The notes below the pieces were generated by a model, which ran no database searches, was not told the DNA's origin, and saw only the letters and a list, made by a program, of their open reading frames with translations. A stretch of DNA of 63,989 bases, filler included, from Octopus bimaculoides (Eukaryota): assembly GCF_001194135.2 (NCBI RefSeq). It is 7 parts of 7 records of this genome, joined end to end, with 100 filler letters (N's around TTAATTAATTAA, not from the genome) between each part and the next. Parts side by side here need not be neighbours in the genome. Positions count along the whole stretch, not along the records: positions 50,591 to 58,362 come from NW_026423490.1; positions 58,463 to 62,514 come from NW_026371559.1; 5 more parts are not named here. One strand, given 5' to 3'. The position numbers and the translations under genes were made by a program. Positions 50,491 through 61,912 of this stretch are shown here, piece after piece; the first letter of the stretch is position 1, and each line of letters begins with the position of its first letter.

Positions 50491-50590
50491 NNNNNNNNNN
50501 NNNNNNNNNNNNNNNNNNNNNNNNNNNNNNNNNNTTAATTAATTAANNNNNNNNNNNNNNNNNNNNNNNNNNNNNNNNNNNNNNNNNNNN
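50491..50590. other. Assembly join spacer
   Basis: 44N-TTAATTAATTAA-44N. Confidence 0.93.
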
Positions 50591-51612
50591 GTTACATCAA
50601 ATAATTTGTTAGGAGCTATTAGTATGTTGATTAGCTCGGCACCAGAGCTTGTTCTCGAAAGCTATAAGAGTTTTGCAAGCGTTGATTATAATGTTAATTT
50701 CTAAAGGTGTAATGTTAGTAAGATTCCTGGCGAAAAGAATGGCCCTATTTAAAAGCTGAGGAGATATAGATGAGTAATAATTGTTGATATCGAATTGGAG
50801 GAACGAGAAGGAGTTTTTGTTCTCCAGGGTGTGGAACCATGTGATGACCTCCCCGGTGTGGTACCATAGATTTGCGTGTAGTTTCTCCTTGACGATTGGT
50901 ATTATCCTGTCTAAAATGTTTTTAGTAATTCTTCCGAGGTCGGATTTTGTAGGGCATATTAGACAAATCGAAGGTTTTGTATTGAAGTCCTTTTTGTGAT
51001 CCTTGAGGTTGAAGTGTGGAGGTGTGGGGCAGTACGGTTCTGTTCTGTTGTCCACTTTTAGCTTCTTCATGATTCTGCAGTGGCTGGTGTTGACCTCATT
51101 TAATGCGGATGTTGATGCCAGCTTGTAGGACCTGTTTAATTGGTTTCTAATGAATTTGATGTATTCCTCCACTGTGATGCGATATAAGTTTCCTGTTTTG
51201 TCCGAAAGCACATGTAACTTAGGGGAATTAGAAATTCTTTTTATGGTTTGTGAAAGCTTTTTTTTGAAAGTTAGAATTGGACTTAGAGAATTTAATGTTT
51301 TTTATTAAATTAATCATGTCCGTTTCNNNNNNNNNNNNNNNNNNNNNNNNNNNNNNNNNNNNNNNNNNNNNNNNNNNNNNNNNNNNNNNNNNNNNNNNNN
51401 NNNNNNNNNNNNNNNNNNNNNNNNNNNNNNNNNNNNNNNNNNNNNNNNNNNNNNNNNNNNNNNNNNNNNNNNNNNNNNNNNNNNNNNNNNNNNNNNATGA
51501 TGTGAGATTGAATTTACTGGTACTTGAGTCGTTTCTATATGTCTGGTTATCGTGGAAGAAGGCCTTCCATCTCATTCGTCGGATGAGATGCCTAGTCTTA
51601 GCTAGGAGAATA
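50591..51612 (-). mobile_element. Penelope-like element, RT N-terminal half
   Basis: [54 protein letters not shown]. Confidence 0.9.
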
Positions 51613-51847
51613 GTTATAACCTATATATGTATATATACATACACATATATACATATATATATACATACACACATATATACATACACATATATATATATAT
51701 ATACACATATACACATACATATATATACATATACACATATATGCATACATATATATATATACACATATATACATACATATATATATATATATACATATAT
51801 ATACACATATATACATACATATATATACACGTAAATATAGACATATA

Positions 51848-51943
51848 TATTCTTTTATTTGTTTCAGTAATTTGACTGCGGCCATGCTGGGGCACAAACA
51901 TATACATGTTGGGGGACAAATACAGACACACAAAGATATATAT

Positions 51944-51985
<42 letters not shown>

Positions 51986-52115
51986 ATTTCAATTTCCGTC
52001 TAAGGGATTCGGTCGGCCTGAGGCTATAGTAGAAGACACTTGCCCAAGGTGCAATGCAGTGGGACAGAAAGTGGAACCATGTGGTTGGTAAGCAAGCTAC
52101 TTACCACACAGCCAC
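51848..52115 (-). mobile_element. SINE family A pieces
   Basis: Tail at 51848-51895, body and head at 51905-52115. Confidence 0.7.
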
Positions 52116-52140
52116 TCCTGTGCCTATTATATATATATAT

Positions 52141-52174
<34 letters not shown>

Positions 52175-52394
52175 GTGTGTGTGTGGGTGTGTGTTTATCT
52201 TTCCCTTGTTTACAATTAACACGGAAAAATAGATAAACAGTTACAAGGGCAGCAAAAAAGCACACAAGTAATAAGGCCATAACACCTTGTTTTTAAAGGT
52301 AGAAACTCTGGGTTTATGTGAAATATTTTGTATAATATAGATAAATAAATAAATGGAGCTAAACGCAGGTATTATTGAAATTCTTTTACTTTCA

Positions 52395-52475
52395 ACACGT
52401 TTTGATACAACATTGGTATTATTCTAAAGGAATAAAATGGTGTGAAACAATGTAATTTTCTCTTCAGGGAAATGA
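52395..52475 (-). ncRNA. Degenerate hammerhead ribozyme in the inverted pLTR
   Basis: CC-CTGAAGA-GAAAATTACATTG...CAATGTTGTATC-AAAA-CGTG-TT (G12 lost). Confidence 0.55.
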
Positions 52476-54249
52476 AGAAATAAAACTCATCAATAAGATA
52501 TTTTAACAGAATATGATGGATATGGACAGTGACGAACTGAACGCAATTAAGTTTTTTTTTTTAACTTTAAAGGATATAACTTCAATGGTAGCCTATAGAA
52601 AGAGGAGGGGTAAAGGAGAAGTAAAAAGCAGAAACCAAATGATATGTGAATTAAATAAAAGCCTGAAGTTTTGGAAAAAGATATATCTAGTGGAAGTGAG
52701 ATGTAAGAAGAAAATCAATGTTCAAATTATATACAATGGTAGATATCACTTATATGAACTAAAGGTTAAGAATAGTTTTGTTAAGTTTTTCTGTAGAATG
52801 GGTTTAGGAATCGTTTTTGATGATGATGTAACGAAAGCCAACTTTTTAGATATTACACTTAACTTACACAATAATTCGTACTTCCCATACCACAAACCAT
52901 CAACCAATCTTGAGTATATTAGCCAATTCTGTAATCATTCTAGGGCAATCACTAAGAACTTAGTTAAGAACATTACATTTAGATTATCTAAGTTATCTGC
53001 TAATGTTGACATTTTCAACGACAAGGCTGAATTTTATAACTCTGCCTTACTTAAAGCAGGTTATACAGTTAAAGTTACCTACATTAATTCCATTCGATCT
53101 TATTCTACCTTTGGTAAAGGAGACATGAAATCTAGTTTTAAGGATATAAATGATATCAATTTTAATTTATACGCCAACACCAAACAGAGGAAGGGAGATA
53201 ACCCTTATTTAAACCCCTTTTTTCATTCTAAAGGTAAATCGATGTCATTTAAAGACAGTTACACTAAAAATTAGGCAACTAATAGCAAAAACTATTTGGT
53301 TGATTATTCCTTATGGGAGGAAAATTAAATCTAATCTTCCTTTCCAGTTTTGGGAAGCTATTATTAGGAATTTTCCAAAGAATTCTAGGTATTACTCTAT
53401 TATCAACTTGCACACGGTTAGGATTGGTTTTTCCAACACAAAAAATCTCTTACAAATTATCTCCTCGCATAATATTAATCTGTTAAATAAGAATCCATTT
53501 ACTAAAACTAACATTAATTTAGCTAATACCAACCATCACCCAAGAAATATTAATAACAAGGTTATTGTCTCTGAAGTCAATTCCAACAGAATTAAGTTTA
53601 CGTCTAGTAATTCTAAGATTAGAAATTCTATATACCAGTGTAAAATTACTTCAGGTACTGATGTCTTTTTTTTATATAAGTAGTTCTCCTTCTCAGTTAT
53701 CTAAAAGAATTTCTAATCATTACTCTACATTTAGGGATAGCAATAAATGTAACAGGACAGGGCTTAGTAAATTAATTTGGTATCTAAAAGACCATAATAA
53801 ACAACTTAATTTAGATTGGTTGATTCTCTCCATTTCATTCCCATATGATAAAAGCAAAGAATTTTGTCAACTCTGTAATTGTGAACTATTTTTTATTCTT
53901 TTTTCTAAGAATCCCCTTGTAAACACAGTTGTAGAGCATGCTTATCGATATAAGTGATATCTACCATTATATATAATTTGAACACTGATTTTCTTCTTAC
54001 ATCTCACTTCCACTAGATATATCTTTTTCCAAGACTTTAGGCTTTTATTTAATTCACATATCGTTCTGTATTTCTCATTTATTTGGTTTCTGCTTTTTTC
54101 TTTCCTTTACCCCTCCGTCTTTCTATAGGCTACCTTTGACGTTATATCCTCTAATGCTTTTTAAAAAACACTTAATAGTGTTCCGTTCATCATTATACAC
54201 ATCCATCACATTTTGTTAAAATGTCTTACTGATGAGTTTGGTTTACTTC

Positions 54250-54345
54250 TTTCTTTCCCTGATGAGAAGATTACATTGTTTCACAACATTTTATTCCTTC
54301 GGAATAATACCAATGTTGTCTTCGAATCATGAGTCGGAAGTAAAA
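54250..54345 (+). ncRNA. Hammerhead ribozyme motif (type I, long stem II) in the 3' pLTR
   Basis: TTCC-CTGATGA-GAAGATTACATTG-[..TTATTCC-TTC-GGAATAA..]-CAATGTTGTCTTC-GAAT-CATGA-GTC-GGAA; stems I and II pair, A15.1 is mutated. Confidence 0.68.
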
Positions 54346-55131
54346 GAATTTGAATAATACCTGCGTTTAACTCCATTTATTTATTTATATATATGTAGAG
54401 ATAGATATGCATATATATATATACATACACATATAGATATATTTACACACATAAATATACATATATATGCATACATATATATACACACACACACATATAT
54501 ATATACATACACACACATATATATATATATACATACACATATATACACACACACACACATATATATATACACACATATATATATATATATGGGGAAAGTA
54601 AGAAGCAAAAAGTGAAAATGCACATTGAATATCAAAAACATAAAAGCTTTTTTTATGAAAGGTACCAATAAATAAATACAATTAGATGAACTGAGGTAGA
54701 TTTAAAAGGAATTAAATTCATTATTTTGAATTGTTAAAGAGATTCAAAGTCAAACTGGTGTCGTCATTGCTGTTCACTGGCTTTGAATGTGTATCGACCT
54801 GAGTTCAAGGAGTCTTCGTTCAAGAGGATTGATGTATGAAACTATGGTACAGATTCTTTTCACTAGATTATAAGGTTTATGTATTTGCACATACATACAT
54901 ACACACATATATATATATATATATACACACACATACGTAAACTATTTCTCTTGTCATTTATGACTGTACATGTAGCTTATCGTTTTCTCTTGTATTGTAC
55001 TGTATATTCTATGTTTTGAAGTACTACTAGATTACTTGAATCCTTATAGACAGAAGAAAATAGTGTAAAAAGTCATTCAATCTTATATAAGAATCCTTCA
55101 CAAAATATTTTTCTTCATACAATGTGATTAA

Positions 55132-56355
55132 CCCTTTTGTTAGTATATTTCTGACCAAATTACACCCCTCATGAGTTTCAACTAAATTCTAAAATAATCA
55201 TGAATTTAGACTAGTTTCATTAAACAACTGTAACTTATTTTACTTATCAACATATTAATGTGATATTTGGAACATAATTAAAGAAAGGGTTCTTAATCAA
55301 TTCTATTGCATAACTTTTGTCTCAAAGTGACTCTAATTACAGGTAAATCCAGGTAAACTGAGCAAAAGGTAAAAATATTAAAATTTTGTTTAATCATCCC
55401 CATAGAAAATGAATCATCAGCTAATATTTAATTGGGTATGCAAGAAAATTTTGATACAGAAGAATTGTGCACATCACTAGATTATCAGTTGAATTTAATG
55501 CACAACAGAACAGGTGTACCATAAAAGTGAAATAAACTGAAATACTGGAATCCACCTAAATCTACCGCAAGTTTGACCGAACTGAAAAATCGGTGAAAAA
55601 ATAATATATGACCCTGGTTATGGTATGGAAGTGATAAATTCCAGACCACATCGTACCCTAGGCCATGCTGACTAACATTATTTTCCCTGTATAAAAACTA
55701 AATCCACAGCAGTACCCAGTATTTGCTCCACAAATTTTCCAAACCTTGATCCCCCATATGCTTTCCTGGCATATACTGTTTGTTTACATTCGCTTCAAAC
55801 AAGCAAACAAGCATACTGAAAAAAATTAAAGTCTAACGGTTTCGCTTCATAAGAAAGTCTATGGATAGACCCCATCTCCTCAGAAAAATTGATAATAAAA
55901 ACATTTTTAAAGTTTTTACTTCATTCCGATGTAAAATCGTCTATGCTGTCGCTATTGCTGCTTTCGGTTTTGGATACACAAATATCCCATTCATTCTTGT
56001 ACACCATGTGCTTTTGTACCTCATTCATTCTTTTTCTCAATATCTGCATGTTTTCCATTGAAAAACCTTTAAATTCAGAATCATTGCATGAAACTCCTAT
56101 CCATTTTCAAAGTTGAAAAAAAATCGACGCCGAAAAAATGTGAAAACAATTCTCCCAAAATTCAGATATCATGTCAAACAAGGTCGGATATTATAACTCA
56201 ACTATTTACAAAGTGAAATCATGCATTTTCACGAATGCACTAACAAGATTTGTGCTTAAATTCACATTTAAATAACAATGGGTACTCTCGGCCGGCCACA
56301 TCCGGGTTTGTCTTATGAACCAAGAAATTTTTCAGCCGGATTAGTATCGAAAGGG
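55132..56355 (-). mobile_element. Internally deleted piggyBac transposon
   Basis: TTAA at both ends (55128-55131, 56356-56359), TIRs CCCTTT(T/C)G(T/A)TA(G/C)TA. Transposase remnants KQYMPGK / WGIKVWKICGANTGYCCGFSFYTGK and HGLGYDVVWNLSLPYHNQGHILFFHRFFSSVKLA. Confidence 0.88.
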
Positions 56356-56459
56356 TTAAATTACGACTGGTACAAAGGCACTAATTTGTTTGTTAATCAT
56401 TTGATGCCTTTACATTTCCTAAAGTGTCAGATAATCTCAATCCAAAACTATTTTCTTAC

Positions 56460-56669
56460 CTTTATCTCTGCTATTTTTTTCTTTGTGAGTCTCTTTGTTT
56501 TTATTTTCAGATACATTAGCAGAAACTCTTGATTTGCTCAAATCTTTGTTGTCGATAGTTGGTTGTTTTGAAAATTCAGTTTTCAAAGGTGCTGGTTTTT
56601 TACCAACTGGAGGTGGCAAAAAGGGTTTTTTAGTTGGCAGGGCAGGTAGTGATGATTTATCAACAGAAT
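56460..56669 (-). CDS. 210-nt symmetric (phase 1/1) exon, proline/lysine-rich: DSVDKSSLPALPTKKPFLPPPVGKKPAPLKTEFSKQPTIDNKDLSKSRVSANVSENKNKETHKEKNSRDK
   Basis: TTTTCCTTTATCATTCCAG acceptor, AAG|GTAAGA donor, fully open frame, PxxP motifs; gene not identified. Confidence 0.8.
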
Positions 56670-56934
56670 CTGGAATGATAAAGGAAAATTATGCATTAAA
56701 TGTTTTGTTTTTCACCACAAATAATTACACTTTCAATGTGGATTAAATAAGAGACAATGTATTTCTCATAGATTTGCATTAAATTGGTAATGCATAAGGA
56801 AATACATTAATTACATCTAATTTATAGAACAAAATACAAATTTGAACAAATATGTAGCTACTTAAATTAAATGTAAAAACAAACTAGTAGTCCTGCCCAC
56901 CTATGTCAATTTAATACATGAACATTCCAAGCCC

Positions 56935-57722
56935 TCTACTACCAGCTAGTTTGTGTCTTTACAGTGCAGCAAAGATATTTTGGATGAGAAAGTGTGTGAC
57001 TTGGAGATTGATATGAGCAATGATGCTTTGTTTCATGAACATATCACGAAGATTTTGGCAACATGCAGGCAAATGGTCAGATAGATTCTGAGGACTTTCA
57101 GAACAAAGAACTATGCTAGTCCTATGGAAGACATTTGCTTTCAGTCATCTAGATTGTGGTTCTCAACTCTGGTCACTGAACAGCATCAAATTAATTGTGA
57201 GAGTTAAAGAAGTTTGATGATTTCACCCCGAGAAAATTTCTTCAATGAGACAGTTGAGCTACAAAGAGAGGCTAAAAGAATTACAAATCAACTACCTGAA
57301 GCAAAGATAGGAGGGATATGCAGTGATATGCATATGAAAGATCCAGGAGGGGCTGGCACAAAACTTTGGCATAAAGAATTATACCAATCCCTGAAGAAGA
57401 CGTGACTGTACAGAGCAAAAAGTCCAAACCACCCTGTCAAGAGAAAGAACCAGGTACTGCAATAGCCTGGTTTTAAGGACCCACAGCTGTTTAATTTCCT
57501 ACTGAAAAGCCTGAGGTACCTACATGGAGTGGGGGTAGATGTTTTCAAGAAGCACCTTGATCTTTTGCTCTCCAAGATCCCAGATGAGCCCATATCATGG
57601 GAAGAAAGTCAAGGGCAGCAATATCAAACGACCTGATTCATTAGAAGCTAACCACATAGGAATGGCCATTGGAAAGGTTATTGAAAATGGTGGTGCCCTA
57701 GCACAAAGGAATAAAAGAATAA
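56935..57722 (+). mobile_element. CR1/L2-group LINE, 3' portion with tail
   Basis: KVCDLEIDMSNDALFHEHITK, ILRTFRT, LDCGSQLWS, MSYKERLKELQ, FKKHLDLLLSKIPDEP; tail GGTGGTGCCCTAGCA..GAATAAAAGAATA. Confidence 0.82.
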
Positions 57723-58280
57723 ATATATGCAAGGAAGGACATCCAGCATACAAACATTCAGTTTGTTCCTATATCCACATTTTGTCATGCTTGTTTTTGT
57801 CTTTGTCCCTCATCTGTCTAGTAGTTGTCTTGTCTTGAATTACATTTATTTCATATTTGCATGTTCACCTTCTGTATTGCATGTTTGTTTATTTATTGTC
57901 TATTTGTTCACTTCCTGTCATGTCTGGTCCCTTGTTCATTGGCTCACCATTTCCTGATGGTTTCTTGCTGTCAACACCACCAGAAGGGAACAATATTATT
58001 GTTGAAGACATGAAATTGAATTTGACACGCTGGCCGATAACTGATGAGGATTTGGTGACCTTCTGTGTCTCTTTAATGTTTGTGCATTTATTATGTTTTT
58101 AAACTTGATATATATACATACAAGAATAAGGGTAGAATAAGGAGTAGATTTCTTTGGGGTGAGGTGTCTGAACTCACTAGCCAATGAATTCGTAAGTGCC
58201 TTTCCTCTCGTTGGTTTTTGGTGTCGCATGGCCAAAAATTACCGTGAATTTTTTAGAGACACTTTCAAATTTATCAGAAT

Positions 58281-58343
58281 ATTGGGCTGAAGAGTCGGAA
58301 TAGAGTAATTTCATACTCTTAACCGTGAAACGTCGTATCCAAT
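58281..58343 (+). ncRNA. Near-intact type I hammerhead ribozyme motif
   Basis: ATTGGG-CTGAAGA-GTCGGAAT-AGAGTA-ATTTCA-TACTCT-TAACCGT-GAAA-CGTCG-TA-TCCAAT: full core, stem I ATTGGG/TCCAAT, stem III ACG-T-CGT, GUA cleavage triplet at 58335-58337. Confidence 0.75.
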
Positions 58344-58362
58344 TAACTAAAGGCAGGTTTGT

Positions 58363-58462
58363 NNNNNNNNNNNNNNNNNNNNNNNNNNNNNNNNNNNNNN
58401 NNNNNNTTAATTAATTAANNNNNNNNNNNNNNNNNNNNNNNNNNNNNNNNNNNNNNNNNNNN
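58363..58462. other. Assembly join spacer
   Basis: 44N-TTAATTAATTAA-44N. Confidence 0.93.
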
Positions 58463-59425
58463 ATTTACAATAACAATAATCACATCATTCTTTGCAAACT
58501 ATAGCTAAGTTTATGATCTCTGTTGGTAACAATAAAACTATTAAAAATATATCATTATTATCATTATTCCCTTCTGATGATAAGGCCAAAAAGGATTTTG
58601 AAATATTAATGAACAAATGGATTTAGGAATGTTATTGTTCCATTCTCAGTATAGAGGACAAATAAGGAAACCTGAAAAATCCTTGATTAAAAACATCAGA
58701 CTTGAACACAATTGTGTCTTTGATGTAATATGTTTGAAAGAAATGCCATTTCCAATTTACACAAAGAAAGAGAGAGAGAGAGGGGGGAAGTGGGAGAATT
58801 TAAACATCTATGTGTTGAACTTAACACATTCCAACCAGTTTAATCATATAACCACAAAATACTTGATAAATAATTAATTAACAATGTGTTAGGATATTCA
58901 AAGCTGCAACATTAATCTACATGATAAATATGGAAGAGAGTTATACAAGTGAATGGAATAACACTGAAGAAATACATGTGAAAGCATATATATATACAGT
59001 GTTGGCAACAGGCTGGGCTGGATAGAGTGGGGTTTTGACAATGAGCTGAGGTAATGAATGTCACCTCACTACCACATCGGCTGCTACACAACCATTGCCA
59101 CCATCCCAACTAGCAGTGGATTCCCTAAGATGTGAAACCATACTTGAAACAACAGAAGTGGAAACTGCAAAATTATACATGTAGGGCTACCAAAATTGTT
59201 TTGGTGCTGCCATGGTCATAGAGAAGCACAAACTGATGTGTTTACCATTTCTTGTGGAGTAGGAATTATTTTAAGCTTATGTATGTATACACACACACAC
59301 ACACACACACATGTATATAGATATAACAGTTGATAGGGATTAATAAATCCAGGTATATATCTTGTAAGTACTTTGGTTAAACACATGAGACAATCAGATA
59401 CCAATAGATCCTAATTAGAAGTTTC

Positions 59426-59427
<2 letters not shown>

Positions 59428-59516
<89 letters not shown>

Positions 59517-59652
59517 TTGGGCATCCAGCTGTAGAAACTCTGCCAAATCAGATTGGAGCCTGGTGTAGCCATCTGGTTCGCCAGTCTTCAGTCAAATCGT
59601 CCAGCCCATGCTAGCATGGAAAGCGGACGTTAAACGATGATGATGATGATTA
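59428..59652 (+). mobile_element. (ATT)n tract followed by a 5'-truncated RTE 3' end (59519-59652) with (GAT)n tail
   Basis: Matches 25085-25226; (ATT)n lies on both sides. Confidence 0.85.
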
Positions 59653-60491
59653 TTATTATTATCATTATTATTATTATTATCATTGGAACTACTCATATCC
59701 TACAAAAAATATTGTCTATGTAATCCCAAAGTAATTATTGTAATTATTCCACTATGATAAGAAAATCCAAAGATTGCTATTTCAAAAAATCCAAAGTATA
59801 TAACATGAACAAGAATGGAGAATATCACATTTTATTTGAGGATTACATCATATAGAACCAATGATTGTTTGTATTGTGAAAGCAAGAGAAAATTTACAAA
59901 ATACAAATCAGTCCATATTGGATTTATTGTAAAATTCAATATATCTAAAATGTATGCGAACAATGTTTTCAAGGTAACCCATAACATCTTGAATTGAAAG
60001 ACAACTGAGAGAATGGTTATTATACATGAATGCAGTCATGTATGTGGGTATACAAATGTATATAAATTTATCTATATATGCACATATGCACGCACACACA
60101 CACACACACACATGCACACACTCACACACATGTATGCCCTACAGAGATTAGAGATTAAGTAAGAAATCACCTGGTTAATTATGTGCAGAGAACAACCATA
60201 TGAAATTAGCAATGATGTGTAATTTGTGTATATCTGAAACATAAAATAATTGAGTGTAAATTAAATCTCATTAACCAACAAGATGATGTAATAATACAAT
60301 GTCCACACATGCACCATACAGTGTTCCAACACATTATTGAGAATTAATGTATTAAATTTAACCTAAATGCTCTGTTGATATTACCATTACTTATCAACTC
60401 CTGCAGGTTTTCCCCCATCTAATTTCTGCCTTGCTTAGTTTATCTAGTTTCAGTCTCAACTCAGTTGATTTTGATTAGCAATTCAGCATTA

Positions 60492-60816
60492 AGGAGCACT
60501 CTGTCGGTTACAACAACAAGGGCCCCAGATGATATGATCAACGGAACAGCTTGCTCATGAAATATACGTGCAAGTGGCTGAGAACTCCACAGATGCGTGT
60601 AGCTTTAATGTAGTTCTCAGGGAGATTCAGCATGACACAGAGTGTGACAAGGCTGGCCCTTTGAAATACAGGTACTACTAATTTTTGCCAGCTGAGTGGA
60701 CTGGAGCAACATGAAATAAAGGGTCTTCCTCAAGGACACAACGCGTTACCGGGAATTGAACTCACGACCTTATGATCATGAGCCAAATGCCCTAACCACT
60801 AAGCCACGTGCCTTCA
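60492..60816 (-). mobile_element. SINE family C, full copy with 13-bp TSD
   Basis: CAATTCAGCATTA at 60479-60491 and 60817-60829; tRNA-like head; central block shared with 23555-23935. Confidence 0.85.
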
Positions 60817-60983
60817 CAATTCAGCATTACTTCATAGAGATATTAATGATAAGTATAATTAGTGTATAACTTTAATCTATGAGCTTAGCTGTAAATTTTT
60901 TCTCCTTAATTAAGTTATTCACTGTCCACAAATATACTGCTAGTCCTCTCTATACTATACTAATAATTAAACTATTAGCTTGC

Positions 60984-61227
60984 AGATAACAAATGGCACT
61001 CTTCTTTTAATTTTGACTCTATATCTTCAGGAGGAGTTACCTCAATCCTTTCTATATTAACCAAAATGAAGTAGATTGACAAATTTATTTTTTGAACCAG
61101 TTGAAGACACACGAGATGTCGAAATATCGTTCACTAGATAACAAATGGCACTCTTCTTTTAATTTTGACTCTATATCTTCAGGAGGAGTTACCTCAATCC
61201 TTTCTATATTAACCAAAATGAAGTAGA
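60984..61227 (+). repeat. Exact about 92-bp direct repeat (period 152) ending at a gap
   Basis: AGATAACAAATGGCAC...AAAATGAAGTAGA at about 60984-61075 and 61136-61227. Confidence 0.85.
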
Positions 61228-61513
61228 NNNNNNNNNNNNNNNNNNNNNNNNNNNNNNNNNNNNNNNNNNNNNNNNNNNNNNNNNNNNNNNNNNNNNNNNN
61301 NNNNNNNNNNNNNNNNNNNNNNNNNNNNNNNNNNNNNNNNNNNNNNNNNNNNNNNNNNNNNNNNNNNNNNNNNNNNNNNNNNNNNNNNNNNNNNNNNNNN
61401 NNNNNNNNNNNNNNNNNNNNNNNNNNNNNNNNNNNNNNNNNNNNNNNNNNNNNNNNNNNNNNNNNNNNNNNNNNNNNNNNNNNNNNNNNNNNNNNNNNNN
61501 NNNNNNNNNNNNN

Positions 61514-61912
61514 CCCTTGGTGGCTGACGATATGTGCATCTCTGATCACGAGCAGAAGTATTGGGGGAGTATCATAGCCATGTGTTGAGAGGAATTCTTT
61601 GGGGTTTGAATAATTCACCTTTGGAAACATGGGTATTTTGCTCAACATCCTTAAACAAACCTTATTCATGGACCTTTTGAGTGGGATGGGCCACTCGACC
61701 TGAAGAAAATTCTAACTGGGCCCCACCTGCGTGGTCATGCACTGTTTATCTTGATATTAGATCACCATGTCGTGCACATTTGGTTGTGATGCATGTGCCT
61801 GGTGTACCCTTATCAGACAGGTAGTCATGATGGTTATAATGGGCTTCATATATTTTACCCCAGTGTCACTTTGACGGCATGCACTGCTCTCTCACTCAAT
61901 AATAATAATAAC
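61514..61912 (+). mobile_element. Probable LINE 3' UTR with (AAT)n tail
   Basis: More GC-rich non-coding block ending CTCTCTCACTC-AATAATAATAATA; family not assigned. Confidence 0.4.

Larger units (their letters stand above)
52341..54388 (+). mobile_element. 5'-truncated Penelope-like element bracketed by inverted pseudo-LTRs
   Basis: 52341-52755 is the reverse complement of 53948-54388. Between them: ANFLDITLNL..YFPYHKP, WLIIPY..TVRIGFSNTKNL, IYQC..RISNHYSTFR..LSKLIWYLKD..CQLCNCE (RT thumb and GIY-YIG). Confidence 0.9.

Noticed and set aside
52513-53274. 253-aa ORF as a novel N-terminally extended protein
   Set aside because: The first roughly 81 codons are the antisense pLTR arm fused in frame to a truncated Penelope RT; a junction product, not a gene
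57945-58075. CTGATGG / ACAATATTATTGT hairpin / CTGATGAGG as further hammerheads
   Set aside because: Parts cannot be assembled into a complete core
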